DNA of 64,000 nucleotides from Asterias amurensis (taxonomy: Eukaryota): contig NC_092661.1 in the NCBI RefSeq assembly GCF_032118995.1, positions 19,526,621 to 19,590,620 of the forward strand, in the 5' to 3' direction. Both the position numbers and the translations under genes were made by a program. Positions within the stretch are counted from its first letter, which is position 1; each line of letters opens with the position of its first letter. Positions 50,310-61,521 of this stretch are shown here, in pieces. The notes below the pieces were generated by a model that saw only the letters and a list, made by a program, of their open reading frames with translations, was not told where the DNA came from and ran no database searches.

Positions 50310-50477
50310 CTTCTTCCCAGGGGTGCCAAGCTGATGGTGTGATGTCACCCTTTGCCACCGTGGTAACTCCTGATACCACTGCATGGTGTCCACTCCAAGC
50401 AATCCAAATACCCTGTTAAGGGAGGGTACCAGTTGACGTGTCAAGTAGTAGGTTGTGTTCAATCTTAGGCTCGGATC
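50310..50477 (-). CDS. REV3L: REV3L exon
   Basis: DPSLRLNTTYYLTRQLVPSLNRVFGLLGVDTMQWYQELPRWQRVTSHHQLGTPGKK matches human DPTLRLNATYYITKQILPPLARIFSLIGIDVFSWYHELPR. Confidence 0.85.
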
Positions 50478-50746
50478 CTTAGAAAATAAAAACAACAAAC
50501 TCTGATGAACTAAATTTATTAAATTGTGCCATAATAAATAACTCAAAACTTTTGTGGGCATCGGATGTTAAATCTTTCCACAACAAAAAAGTGACAAGAC
50601 AAGAAAACTTAGTGAAACAAAGTTATAGAAAAGTTAAGAAAACTTCCTGAAAAATGAAGACAAAGTATATTAAGACTGCTGCAAACTACATGCAATGGTT
50701 GAAACACACATTGGTCACAACCACATTTACTCATCATTGATTTTAC

Positions 50747-50873
50747 CTCAAGAACTTGACTTGGAGTGCGTACAAGCTGAATAAGAGGCAATCCAGGACT
50801 GCCGTACACAACAACATAAGGCACTCTCTGACCAACTCGAGGCTCTGCACGACGATCAACGGCAAGTAGACGT
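50747..50873 (-). CDS. REV3L: REV3L exon
   Basis: (R)RLLAVDRRAEPRVGQRVPYVVVYGSPGLPLIQLVRTPSQVLE matches human KMLTYDRRSEPQVGERVPYVIIYGTPGVPLIQLVRRPVEVLQ. Confidence 0.85.
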
Positions 50874-51381
50874 CTAATTCAAATTAGAAGAAAAAAAAAT
50901 GGATAAAACAATTACTCTAATGATTCAGGCATATCTGCCCAACTACAAGATTTTCAATATACTAATGCTTAATATTAATTCTTTAGCATTTCAATTTTAA
51001 TCTCATTAAACAAATTCTGCTCTATTAAAAATTTTTAGCTGCCAGCCCTGCCCTCTTGTGGCTTTCCCCCAATTCTGACCTGTGAGTATCAGCTGGAAAT
51101 GGCAAAGTATACATCACAATTATACAGTTTATGTACTCTTTGGAATGGTATAAAGTTTTTGGGATGTGTTTATTTACAATGCAGTAAACAATGAATGTTT
51201 ATCATAGAGTACTACATAGGCTTAGGTAGGAACGGCACTTAGTGCCATGGCCAGTCAGGTGGAATAATGAAAAAAAAAAATTATTTACAACTTTTGCAAA
51301 ATCCCATCATTAGCCTTACTGCCATTGGCATTGTGTCTAAATCAGAATTCCTTCTTCAGAATATGAAGTAATAATCCGCAC

Positions 51382-51572
51382 CTTGTGATTTCAAGGGATG
51401 GTACACAAGCCCCCGGTCGATAGGAGTGCTGACCACGGTACTCCTTGGCAAATATCAGGTCTTGCATTGTTGCTTGGCCATCAAGGATCTTCAAGAACTG
51501 CTTCTGAACGTACTTCTTGACTTGTGAGACATCATGTGTGGTGAAGAGAGTCTTCAGAGCTTTCTCAAGTAT
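51382..51572 (-). CDS. REV3L: REV3L exon
   Basis: ILEKALKTLFTTHDVSQVKKYVQKQFLKILDGQATMQDLIFAKEYRGQHSYRPGACVPSLEIT matches human ILEKSLRLLFETRDISLIKQYVQRQCMKLLEGKASIQDFIFAKEYRGSFSYKPGACVPALELT. Confidence 0.9.
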
Positions 51573-52006
51573 CTATGAACAATTGGACCAAATTTATTAC
51601 CAATTGATCTTCAACATAGTTTATGTACTTGTTAAAAGATTTCAAAACGAAAGTTTGACAAATCTTGAGAGAATAAAAGCTTAATTGAAAGAGCATTTAT
51701 CATTATTTATTTATTTCTGAAAATAATACCAAAAGAACCCTTGAAAGTGCAATGTAGCACATTGGCCTGGCCTACCCGAATTTTCGATGTAAGAAGAAAA
51801 GCCTAACAGAAAAAAACCAGCCGAATGTGGAAGGAACTAAAAACCCAATCCACACACCAAAGGGGATGTGTGCCACAAAGGTCAAAGGCATAGAAGAAAC
51901 AACTAAGCTGACCTGTATGCATTTATAAAAACTATTAAAGTCTCATTCAATAAGTTTGTAGTTTCATTCGCTCTGGCAATATTTATCAAGACAAATCTCC
52001 TGTTAC

Positions 52007-52144
52007 CTTGCCAACAGCAGGGCATGAATCTCGACGCACTGTTTCAATTCCCTTAGCATCAAAGTCTGGTTCTGATTGGTCAGGAGACTCGTAGCTATAA
52101 CCAACATAACGCTTCTTGGATTGTAGGACACATGGATGGTAAAC
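52007..52144 (-). CDS. REV3L: REV3L exon (polymerase motif C region)
   Basis: VYHPCVLQSKKRYVGYSYESPDQSEPDFDAKGIETVRRDSCPAVGK matches human VYQPCVLQTKKRYVGYMYETLDQKDPVFDAKGIETVRRDSCPAVSK. Confidence 0.9.
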
Positions 52145-52358
52145 CTGCAAAACAACAACAAAAGAGAACAATGTACTTTCAGTATTTGACTACATAAAGC
52201 TGTCATTGTCAAGAACCAAATTTTATTCCAAATTGTAAAGTTCCAGTTTTTGTTTCATTGACTTCTAGAATACAGCGTTTATTAGATTAAGAGAGGAAAC
52301 TGGATGCCAGTGTTGAACCCTGACAATCTAAAATGAAGGCACGGGTATTTCAACTTAC

Positions 52359-52473
52359 CTTTTCCAGTTTCAGTTTGACAGGTTTAGGGTTCGCTGCAGT
52401 CACAGCATCTCGGATTTCTCGACCAACTTCAAAGGCTCGCTCCTTACTGGCTCCTTCAACTAACACAAACATA
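52359..52473 (-). CDS. REV3L: REV3L exon
   Basis: (S)MFVLVEGASKERAFEVGREIRDAVTAANPKPVKLKLEK matches human MFVLLKGATKEQSFKIGQEIAEAVTATNPKPVKLKFEK. Confidence 0.9.
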
Positions 52474-53085
52474 CTGAGGACAAATACAAGAGATTTTTTT
52501 TCCTTAAAATCAATCCAATGCCTTTGAAAAGGCAAGTTAATTCAAGAGAATTCACTGAAAATCTTCAGGCTAACAGCAACTGTAAACTTCTTCAACTATG
52601 ACTACAGAGGGAGTAAAACAGAAGAGTGACTCTGATACAATACACTCTTTCCCTTGCCTTGGAGAAAAACTATTTTTACATCAAACTTAAAGTTACAACA
52701 ATTTTCTTTGAAGTCAAATGGGTCCACTCTTACAGCAACAGCTTGCACGCTACTTCGATAAGTGCAAACATACTGCACTAAAAGAATAAATACAAGATAC
52801 TTATAAAATAACAAAAGGTCCATTTTGAAATAGGGCTTGTTTTTAACCTTGCATGGTGGGAATACAATCTAGAAAAGTTTGCAGAGACACCATGTACGTA
52901 AAGTCTCTGTGTGAGTTGTTGTGGTTATGAGAAGAACTGGTAGTTTACCAAGTTGTTAAAACTCTAGTTCTTCTCAGAGATCCACCACAACTCAAAAAGA
53001 GGTTTTATGTACTGTACAAGGTGTCTCTGCAAACCACACTAGTTTAAGAAACTGCTTATAACTTCAGAATGTCTCCAAAACCAAC

Positions 53086-53195
53086 CTGTCTGTGTCCCCA
53101 TACACTACTCTAGCTCCCCATTTCTTGGTTGTTTCTACAAGATGTATGGCTCTCTCCAACGTCTCACGCCCCTTCCGTACAACACTGTCACCAAC
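53086..53195 (-). CDS. REV3L: REV3L exon (contains YGDTDS catalytic motif)
   Basis: VGDSVVRKGRETLERAIHLVETTKKWGARVVYGDTD(S), the family-B polymerase motif C. Confidence 0.9.
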
Positions 53196-53513
53196 CTGCA
53201 AGAAATAATCAGTAAATCTGACAAACTGTCTTCAACCAAAAATAAGGCAGTCATTAGTTGAAACAATCAAAGGTGATTTGCCTACACATTGGCAGAAATG
53301 GACACAGATTGATTCAGGAATACTCAGTATGCATACTTCAGCGATGGAATAAAGTGCATGCTGGTCTAGTTAGTGACAAAGTTTGGTTGCTTGGTAGACC
53401 AGCATTCCCCTCATTCCACAGCAATGCGGGCACGCCAAGAAAATGTGAAGTAGTCTTTGGGAGATAGTTGGGTAATATTTTTACAAAGAAATTTAAATGA
53501 ATCTTGAATCTAC

Positions 53514-53621
53514 CTCAATACAAGGCATCCGTCCAGAGAAGCTAGCTGATGTATATCCATAGGTGAAGTTAGCGATATATTTAAGGGCAAGCTGACGACT
53601 ATTCAACATACGATTCAATGC
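53514..53621 (-). CDS. REV3L: REV3L exon (motif A/B region)
   Basis: ALNRMLNSRQLALKYIANFTYGYTSASFSGRMPCIE matches human ALSRMLDARQLGLKLIANVTFGYTSANFSGRMPCIE. Confidence 0.9.
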
Positions 53622-53871
53622 CTGTGGGAAAAGAAAGAAAAATTTAAAAGTACTCTAATACTAAAAACTACAAGGAAAGCATTAATCTCATCCTGTTGCC
53701 ATTTAGAGGTAAAACGATGCAAAAAATGATGCAAATTATTGGAAATACCCAGCAGACGCGCAGCGCACAGAATGGACCAAAAAGTAACTGCCTTTTGGCC
53801 TCTATGAGGGCGCCCTACTGCAGTGACATCTTGCATTAAGTCTATTTTACAAATGAAGACATTCGTAATAC

Positions 53872-53941
53872 CTTGTTATCCTTAAAGTCCTTCAGCGCTT
53901 TCTTGACAATTAGACGAAGATTTAGAATCTGTTCCAACATC
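53872..53941 (-). CDS. REV3L: REV3L exon
   Basis: (T)MLEQILNLRLIVKKALKDFKDNK matches human RMLEEILKTRFMVKQSMKAYKQDR. Confidence 0.8.
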
Positions 53942-54415
53942 CTGAAATAAATTGTAAAACTGGTATTTATATACACTCCTCATGAATCTGTTGACGAAGA
54001 TAAACATGCTGTGATAAGGTCTTCGTCTAAAGGATCTTATGAGCGGAAGCCCGCGAAAATGAAATCGCTGGAAGGTGCCATTTTGGTAATATTATGTAAG
54101 AGAGATAAAGTTAAACTAAACAAGTCTATTTAGACTGCGGCATTTGCAATAGTTCATGACTGTCACAATTGATAATCACATCCAATTTGGCCTGTAGGCC
54201 ATGAAATGTGATGCTAGGATTTCATTGTTCAATAGACTGTGCATGTCTCACACTTTGGTCCCACACACATTGCTTTATTGTGCAAACTCCAGTATTGTAA
54301 CAGGTCCCAACGTTAGAATAAGTGTGAGACTTGCAGTCTATAAGACATTTTGATTCATTGAGAAACAGCCGCTTTTGAAACCTTTAGGTAGTAGAAACAC
54401 AAGATGTGAACTTAC

Positions 54416-54559
54416 GTTGGGACTACACCACGCCTGATATGAGACTTGACAAACACAATACCATTAGGGGATATATGAAGACCATCTGACTGTAGAAGCT
54501 TCTTGAATTGACTTATGGAATTAGATAAAGTACCACATCCCATAGCATATTCACCACCA
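54416..54559 (-). CDS. REV3L: REV3L exon
   Basis: (N)GGEYAMGCGTLSNSISQFKKLLQSDGLHISPNGIVFVKSHIRRGVVP matches human ...ITVSPNGVAFVKPSVRKGVLP. Donor GTAAGT. Confidence 0.8.
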
Positions 54560-55209
54560 CTGAAAATAAACACAACACAATTTAACAATCAAGACAATCA
54601 TTTCATACTATGAAACACATCTTTACTCAATGGTAAAAAATTCCAAAACTTAATAGTATTTGGAAACACAAAGTACAATCGCATCAACCACATTTCAAAA
54701 GCGTTATTCAGATTAGAAAGCCCAAATGAAGTGTATTGATACCTATGCAATCAATGGTTAACCAATGTTTAAACAATTGTAACCAGTGGTTTATGGTTAA
54801 AGGAACGTTACAGAATTGGTAAGAAACAAAAATCGTGAAGATTACAGATTAACATAAAACTTACACAGTCTAATGATGATAGTTGAAAACATCCCTTAAA
54901 ATATTTCTGTCTGAAATGTCATATTTGATGAGAAATAAGTAATCTAACTTCGTGTTTGGAGTTTATCGCTCAGTGAGCGTTTTATTAATTTTTATTTTGG
55001 CATCGATGCAATGCAAAATTTGTAATCGGTTTTTCACTATTCTCTCATGACCCAGACGGCTGATCGATCTCAAACTTCTACAGGTTTGTCAGTTTATGTA
55101 CATGGTGGATTACATAAAGTGCTTACACTGCCAGCAATTGTTTTGTTAGCAAAAACCAATTCTGTAATGTTCGTTTAATGCAATAGCCGTAGTCAACTAA
55201 TGGTCTCAC

Positions 55210-55371
55210 TTTGCAATGTGTTCTAAGCGGCCAAGACAAGTTGAGTAGCAGTAGTTATATGCAATCATCATTGAAGGATACAGAGACTGGAAGTCTAAAA
55301 CAATAACTGGATCTTTATAGAAACGAGATTCTGGCTCCATCACCAAAGGAATGCACTCCGGAGCTTTCATT
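55210..55371 (-). CDS. REV3L: REV3L exon (SLYPS motif A)
   Basis: (R)[53 protein letters not shown] matches human [50 protein letters not shown]. Confidence 0.9.
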
Positions 55372-56003
55372 CTGCAAAGAAAATATCACAATTTCACGGT
55401 TAAAATAAATTCCTTGGGTAACCAGGAGTGGAAGATTTGCAGAAAAAAATATCTGGAAATAGTATCAAAATTGTAGGTATGTTGTAATGATTGCATTTCA
55501 GGCATTTTTATACCGCCGAGTCGTTAGAATTCAAGGTAATTTGGGGAAAAGTATACTTATAACAGCACAAGAAAAGTGGTTCAAAGCGAATGGTTTCTTC
55601 ATATCTGTAAAAAATAACAGCTTTATTTTTCCACCAGGCAAAACTGAAAATGTTTTTAACTTAAATATATTCCTTATTTTATATATGAAGAATACTTCAA
55701 GGTTGTGTATGCATTGTAGGAACTCTATCTTACAAATGTGAGCTTTTTTTTTATCCACTAATTATTAGTAATTTTGTCAAACAGTAAATTGAGATTGCTG
55801 TGTTTTTCCACAATGCTGTTCATCCAATTTAAGTCCAGTATCATTATTTATCAAACTTCTCAGTTCAATCAAATTTCTTAATCAAATCACTTTTAAAAAG
55901 TTCATAATGTGGAATATAAGGTTGATAAGCAAAACTCATTTTTCTTAAGATCTTTTCTAGTTTTGATGTTGACAACTTATTCCACCTGGAAGGTTTTACA
56001 TAC

Positions 56004-56086
56004 CTAGATCTTTGCTGTACACTGGGCGACATGGCAACGTAATTCTGTGGTTTTGCTGTTCTCATCATCATAGACTCCACACGATA
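56004..56086 (-). CDS. REV3L: REV3L exon
   Basis: YRVESMMMRTAKPQNYVAMSPSVQQRS matches human YRVESMMLRIAKPMNYIPVTPSVQQRSQ. Donor GTATGT. Confidence 0.85.
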
Positions 56087-56569
56087 CTGTCAATGAAGAA
56101 GAAGTATCTGATTGTAATAACTTATAACAAACCTTCTTTTCTTTTTATCAAAGCAGTTGTTATTATAAGTAATCACACAAGCGCGAGTGGAATACGGACA
56201 AAATATAGCACTTCTGCGTCCCATATCCAACCAGGCCGAATATCTTCCAGTTTCTCAGACGTCAATGCGCAGAACGTTATTTTGCGACGAAGCGCACAAA
56301 GTTTAGAATGTAATTTTTGCTCTGTATCTGTATACAGAGCGTGATGCATTGACATTCACAATACGCACTGTGTAATAAAAACAGAGGAAGTAGGATATAA
56401 AACAGAGGAATTAGTATACAGTATATATGTTTTTATCCCCCTAATAGTTCGAGCATCTGATTGGTGGATTAGTGCGTACTGGAAGATAACATTTGATACA
56501 GAGAAACAATGTAGACACACAAGAAATGGTTAAATGCAATCTCTAGTTGAATCAAATGTACTTTAGTAC

Positions 56570-56711
56570 CTGAGATCCTCTTGACAGGACACAGTAAAAC
56601 TGAATCCCAAACACACGAGCGAGTTCACTAGTTCGTCCAATCAGATCTAACTGATGAAGAAGCTTCAGAGAGCCACGCACACGCACTGTGTAGTACTCCA
56701 TCACTCGCCAC
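56570..56711 (-). CDS. REV3L: REV3L exon
   Basis: (R)WRVMEYYTVRVRGSLKLLHQLDLIGRTSELARVFGIQFYCVLSRGSQ matches human WKMVDHYVSRVRGNLQMLEQLDLIGKTSEMARLFGIQFLHVLTRGSQ. Confidence 0.9.
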
Positions 56712-56757
56712 CTTAATAAAACAAATCATCAGCAAAAAAAACATCAATATACATTGG

Positions 56758-56990
56758 AGTGTTGTGGCCGAGCGGTTTAGTGTATCGAACTCGAGTTCTG
56801 ATGTGTAAACCATCAGAATGTGGGTTTGAATCCTGGTCAATACAAATGTAGAATTGCTTCTCTTCACCCAGAGATAAATGGGTACCTATGAGGGCAGAGA
56901 TTGTTCTTGTGATTGATTTAGCTTAGTGCGCTATATATTTGATAGCAAAGGCTGTATACTCCCAAGAGAGCTGAGATGGTTTTAGAAAAC
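56758..56990 (+). mobile_element. SINE family S2 (head GTTGTGGCCGAGCGGTTTAG...GGGTTTGAATCC)
   Basis: tRNA-Ser-like head followed by a body related to the 44275 copy. Confidence 0.55.
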
Positions 56991-57200
56991 TGAAATAAAT
57001 GGCACAGTGACCAAGGGTAATAATGATACACACAAACTCCATATCACACTTTAAAACAATCTTGAGGAAGTGTGAATTCAAAATGAAAGTTGTTTCATAA
57101 ATGGCAAGGAATTTAAAATGTATCAAAGGAAGAATGTTTGATAACAGAAATGATTTGAACAAGGATTTTAAACATTTTTGAATGAGAGTAATCAACTGAC

Positions 57201-57322
57201 CTGTAGAGTTGTGGATTCTTGTGATCAAACCAGTCAGTCAGTGTACGATATGAGAACAGAGGAATGCGCTGATGTAAAACATGGAAAGCAATATTCTCAA
57301 ATGTGTAGTTGGTTAAGGCCAC
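57201..57322 (-). CDS. REV3L: REV3L exon
   Basis: VALTNYTFENIAFHVLHQRIPLFSYRTLTDWFDHKNPQLY matches human VALTNYTFENVSFHVLHQRFPLFTFRVLSDWFDNKTDLYR. Confidence 0.9.
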
Positions 57323-57359
57323 CTGAAGAATAGAAATACACAAGAAAGATGCATCAAAC

Positions 57360-57749
57360 TTAAAGGCAGTGGACACTATTGGTAATTACTCAAATAATTA
57401 TTAGCATAAAACCTTACTTGGTAATGAGTAATAGGGAGCTGTTGATAGTACAAAACATTGTGAGAAATGGCTCCCTCTGAAGTAACATAGTTTTTAGGTG
57501 AAAGAAGTAATCTTCCACGAATTTGATTTCGAGACCTCAGAACTATATTTTGGGGTCTCAAAATCAAACATCTGAAAGCACACAACTTCAGTCGACATGG
57601 GTGTTTTTCCTTTCATTATTATCTCGCAACTTCAACGACCAATTGAGCTCAACTTTTCACAGGTTTGTTATTTTATGCAAATGTTGAGATACAGCAAGTG
57701 AGAAGACTGGTCTTTGACAATTACCAATACTGTCCAGCATCAGTCTTAA
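57360..57749 (-). mobile_element. MITE family M1, full copy (REV3L intron)
   Basis: TIRs plus central hairpin. Confidence 0.8.
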
Positions 57750-57912
57750 TGGAGCACAGTTATAAAATACTGACATCACAACTGAATACAATTTTGGGCT
57801 TTACAAAACAGTGGAAAAATAACCTTGCACAAATTTGAATGAAAGCCTAATGAGCACTGCAATGATTCTGCTCAACTACTTTGTGAGTAGTATTGAGTAG
57901 TTTGAGTGTTAC

Positions 57913-58031
57913 CTCGTGTCTCATAAGTCTCCAGAGATTGAGCGTTATGCGACCAGCGATGTTGATTTCTGATTGGTGATCTGCTCCGTAGGCGTCACGC
58001 TCAGATGCAAAATGGCTCTCCTTCTTAAACT
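57913..58031 (-). CDS. REV3L: REV3L exon (exonuclease-like domain)
   Basis: (E)FKKESHFASERDAYGADHQSEINIAGRITLNLWRLMRHE matches human DDKIENRFAAERDEYGSYTMSEINIVGRITLNLWRIMRNE. Confidence 0.85.
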
Positions 58032-58139
58032 CTGAAACAATAAAAATAAACTCAGTCTTACTTCAGGTCATGGCAACAAGATAAAATTGACAGCATTAAT
58101 TTAAATGATTTTTGGGGTTGAACAAAGAAAAATTTACTA

Positions 58140-58212
58140 TAGTGGGATTTGAACCAACGACCTCTGGATTAACGTGCCGGCGCTCTACTAACTGAGCTAT
58201 CTAGCCCTATGT
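58140..58212 (-). pseudogene. tRNA-Asn(GTT)-like pseudogene or SINE head remnant
   Basis: The - strand reads GGGCTAGATAGCTCAGTTAGTAGAGCGCCGGCACGTTAATCCAGAGGTCGTTGGTTCAAATCCCAC. The D-arm and T-arm are canonical, but the acceptor stem cannot pair. Confidence 0.4.
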
Positions 58213-58327
58213 TAGCGGTCTCCCTATTGACAATATCTTTGTTCAGGGGTGCAAACAATTTACCCAGTCAGTTTCCCTTGTGGTTTATATTGATAGCATT
58301 AATTTAACTTGGAGGAAGAATTCTCAC

Positions 58328-58443
58328 CAGGAAGTCTTGAGATTTGAGTACAGAGATCAACGTCAAGAAAAGCTGCTCTTTCCAAGAGGTAGCCCCAAGA
58401 ATGCTGCTGGATCTCATAACCAACCAAGATATCTGGATCATAT
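58328..58443 (-). CDS. REV3L: REV3L exon
   Basis: (K)YDPDILVGYEIQQHSWGYLLERAAFLDVDLCTQISRLP matches human YDPDILLGYEIQMHSWGYLLQRAAALSIDLCRMISRVP. Confidence 0.9.
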
Positions 58444-58737
58444 CTACAAAGAAATAACTCATGTTTAACTACCCTGTGCTGAATCAAATACATGTCAAAA
58501 ATTATCTTAGAGAAATTTGAAGCTTTCACATGTCAGCTTTTTGAGTTGTACATGTATTTTGCTTACATTTACAAACACTGAAAATTGTTATTTCCCTTCA
58601 TAAACATAGTGAGTTGCAAAAACGATAGGCACTTGCCACCATTGCCCCCACGAACACAAAATATAAACAAAAAATTATTACCAAAACATGGTTTACGATA
58701 CTTCATATAACAAAACTGAACAATGATCTAGACTTAC

Positions 58738-58915
58738 TTCCTGATAACACACAGAATCTGATCCAGTAGTTCAGCCTCGGATGCTACTGATGTAATCTTG
58801 GTATCATTCAAACCACTATGTGCAAGATGTGATGATAGATGACATGAGGTTGATGGTCCTGCGTTACTATGGTTACTATCATCAACCATGATCACACCGT
58901 GAAACATATTTAGAT
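58738..58915 (-). CDS. REV3L: REV3L exon
   Basis: (D)LNMFHGVIMVDDSNHSNAGPSTSCHLSSHLAHSGLNDTKITSVASEAELLDQILCVIR(K). A weakly conserved linker, in phase with the flanking exons. Acceptor tattAG, donor GTAAGT. Confidence 0.65.
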
Positions 58916-59147
58916 CTAATAACAAAGGAATATCAAAAATATAACTTTGAAAATAATTTTTTAAATTCCAATAATGTTGCTTTGATAAGAAAGTTTGTCA
59001 AAACTGTTTTCCTTAGAGAAAAATAAAGTATGAAAATAAAATAAAAGGGACTAAACTGGATTCATGCTTCTTAAGAATGGGTAGGTAAAGTGAACAAAAT
59101 AATGCAAATAATCAGCAAGTGCTGTTTTTCTAATTGAGACACACAAG

Positions 59148-59363
59148 AGATGTTAAATTTGCATCGGGATAAAGAATATTAATTTTGGCTTTTACCCATA
59201 CACTGATGTGTGTTAGCACTGTATACTCAGTACTTTCCCCGAGTCCTGTGAAAAAATATCACAGGCTTGTTACTCGGGTGGGATTCGAACCCACGACCCT
59301 TGCAATTCTAGAGCAGTGTCTTACCAACTAGACTATCAAGGTTGCCCGGTAGCTAGAGGCAGT
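59148..59363 (-). mobile_element. SINE S1, full copy (REV3L intron)
   Basis: Tail plus tRNA-like head; about 90% identical to the 2586 and 60292 copies. Confidence 0.75.
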
Positions 59364-59591
59364 TCACACACACAATTCACATTACGTATTCCACCGTCTG
59401 CTAAGAACTGACTCTTAGATAATCCATCTCCTTAAATAAAAATTGTTTTATTTAAGGCAAGCTGGTCTGTTTTTACATGAAAGGCATTAGGTCTTAGCTG
59501 CTCAACCCTTGCAAATTATAAGGCTTGGAATTCAAACTATGAGAGGCCAATACTGATTTCGTTCACAAAGGGTACTTCCAATGGAAAAACT

Positions 59592-59972
59592 TTAAAGGCA
59601 GTGGACACTATTGGTAATTGTCAAAGACTAGCCTTCACAGTTGTTGTATCTCAACATAAGCAGAAAATAAACCTGTGAAATTTTGAGCTCAATCGGTCAT
59701 CGAAGTTGCGAGATAATAATGAAAGAAAAATAACCCTTCTCACACGAAGTTGTGTGCGTTTAGATGGTTGATTTCGAGACCTCAAGTTCTAAATCTGAGG
59801 TCTCGAAATCAAATTCGTGGAAAATTACTTCTTTCACAAAAACTATGGCACTTCAGAGGGAGCCATTTTTCACAATGTTTTTACCATCAACCTCTCCCCA
59901 TTACTCGTCACCAAGAAAGGTTTTATGCTAATAATAATTTTGAGTAATTACCAATAGTGTCCACTGCCTTTA
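59592..59972 (+). mobile_element. MITE family M1, full copy (REV3L intron)
   Basis: TIRs plus central hairpin; flanked by TTAA. Confidence 0.8.
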
Positions 59973-60074
59973 AGTCTATGGGAAAGTTCTGAGGGGCTAC
60001 CAAGCCAAGACTAGGACAACATTGGAAATACAGTGAACATCATGTATTAAGATTTAAGAGTAAAGACTGCTTAC

Positions 60075-60243
60075 CACCATCGCTCTGTTCGCTGCTTCCT
60101 TGGCTAGCTCCGTCATGTTGTAGAGGTGTATCTTGTTGGATGCTATAAAACAATGCTCTGATTGGATCAGAGTCTGGGTCTGGATGGTAGTCACGTCTTG
60201 TCTTGATGTGTAGCTCTAGGCTCATAATACTCAGATGCTGAAT
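60075..60243 (-). CDS. REV3L: REV3L exon (169 nt; bracketed by an inverted SINE pair)
   Basis: IQHLSIMSLELHIKTRRDYHPDPDSDPIRALFYSIQQDTPLQHDGASQGSSEQSDG matches human IQNLTLISVELHARTRRDLQPDPEFDPICALFYCISSDTPL. Donor GTAAGC. Confidence 0.8.
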
Positions 60244-60291
60244 CTTCAATCAAAACATACAACACAGACATAAGAGATCTTATAACAAATC

Positions 60292-60507
60292 ACTGCCTCT
60301 AGCTACCGGGCAACCTCGATAGTCTAGTTGGTAAGACACTGCTCTAATATTGCACGGGTCGTGGGTTCTAATCCCACCCGAGTAACATGCCTGTGATATT
60401 TTTTCACAGGACTCGGGGAAAGTACTGAGTATACAGTGCAAACACACATCGGTGTATGGGTAAACAACCAAAATTAATATTCTTTATCCCCGATGCAAAT
60501 TTGTTAT
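60292..60507 (+). mobile_element. SINE S1, full copy in the orientation opposite to the 59148 copy
   Basis: Reverse complement of the 59148-59363 copy. Together they bracket the REV3L exon at 60075-60243. Confidence 0.75.
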
Positions 60508-60948
60508 CTCTTACATGTTGTGACTATTAAGTGAACTAAAATTGACTTTATAACTTTATGACTTCACTGAAACTGTCAAAGACTGAAGAAAATAATCACC
60601 TAAGAACATTAGTGATTCAGTATTTGTATTAGTACTATGTCACCCGCAAGAACTATCAGAAACGAGAACTGATAATAAAAAAACAAATAACAGAATCTGC
60701 ATTGAATAAACTGTATGAGAATTTGTGCATGGATCCTAGGTTGACTGAACCACAAAATTAAATTTCTTGCAAACAACATAAACTTACATAATACTAGTTT
60801 GTTGCTTGAATAAGTCCATACCAAGCAAATGTACATCTTTTAACTTTACAAATCTTGTGTAAAACAGCCTCAAGTTACAGTTAAAAAACAAGTCAAGACA
60901 GCATTGAATTCAAGGCAATGATTTTTGGACTGAATTTCAGATTGATAC

Positions 60949-61068
60949 CTCATGGGTAGCCTTGGCATACTGCATATTAATATCTCCAAACTTGAAGCCA
61001 CAAGTGTTACTGGGCGTGGCACCTTCTATTTGAGACCAGTCCTTGGCATGCCTTCCATCTCCTGAACC
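60949..61068 (-). CDS. REV3L: REV3L exon
   Basis: GSGDGRHAKDWSQIEGATPSNTCGFKFGDINMQYAKATHE matches human ...QIDGTTLQNSHGFKVSMENLQEAKALHE. Donor GTATCA. Confidence 0.7.
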
Positions 61069-61521
61069 CTGATGGTCAAATGTTAATTCAAATTACAATC
61101 AATGTATGATAAGAAATAAACATTTATAGAACATGATCAAGTACTTGTTTATCCACAGTTCTGCCAATTGAAGATAAAAATTTCATCACCTCAAATAACT
61201 TATGCTGATTCCTGGTTTAACTTTCGCATCACATTCTTTTTTTAGTTTATGCTTCCTAAAAACAAGGCCATGTCCGAATTAGCGGCTACGGCTATGGCTA
61301 GATTTCTGTGACATCACGCATTGAAGAATAGGCCGTCCTAAGAAACACACTAAGCATCAGTCAGAGCCAGAGCTAAAGCCTCCAATTTGGATACAACCTT
61401 AGGCTGGTTTTTTTTATCGCAGAGAAATATGCGCAAAACTTAAATTACAGATATTTTGTTATACAATTAGAAAAAAGAAACAATATTTGTAAACTAAATT
61501 CTTAAAAATGAACCACATTAC

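Noticed and set aside
58140-58212. A functional tRNA-Asn gene.
   Set aside because: The acceptor stem cannot pair (5' GGGCTAG versus 3' CTATAGT), and the anticodon stem has two mismatches. It is better explained as a pseudogene or SINE head.
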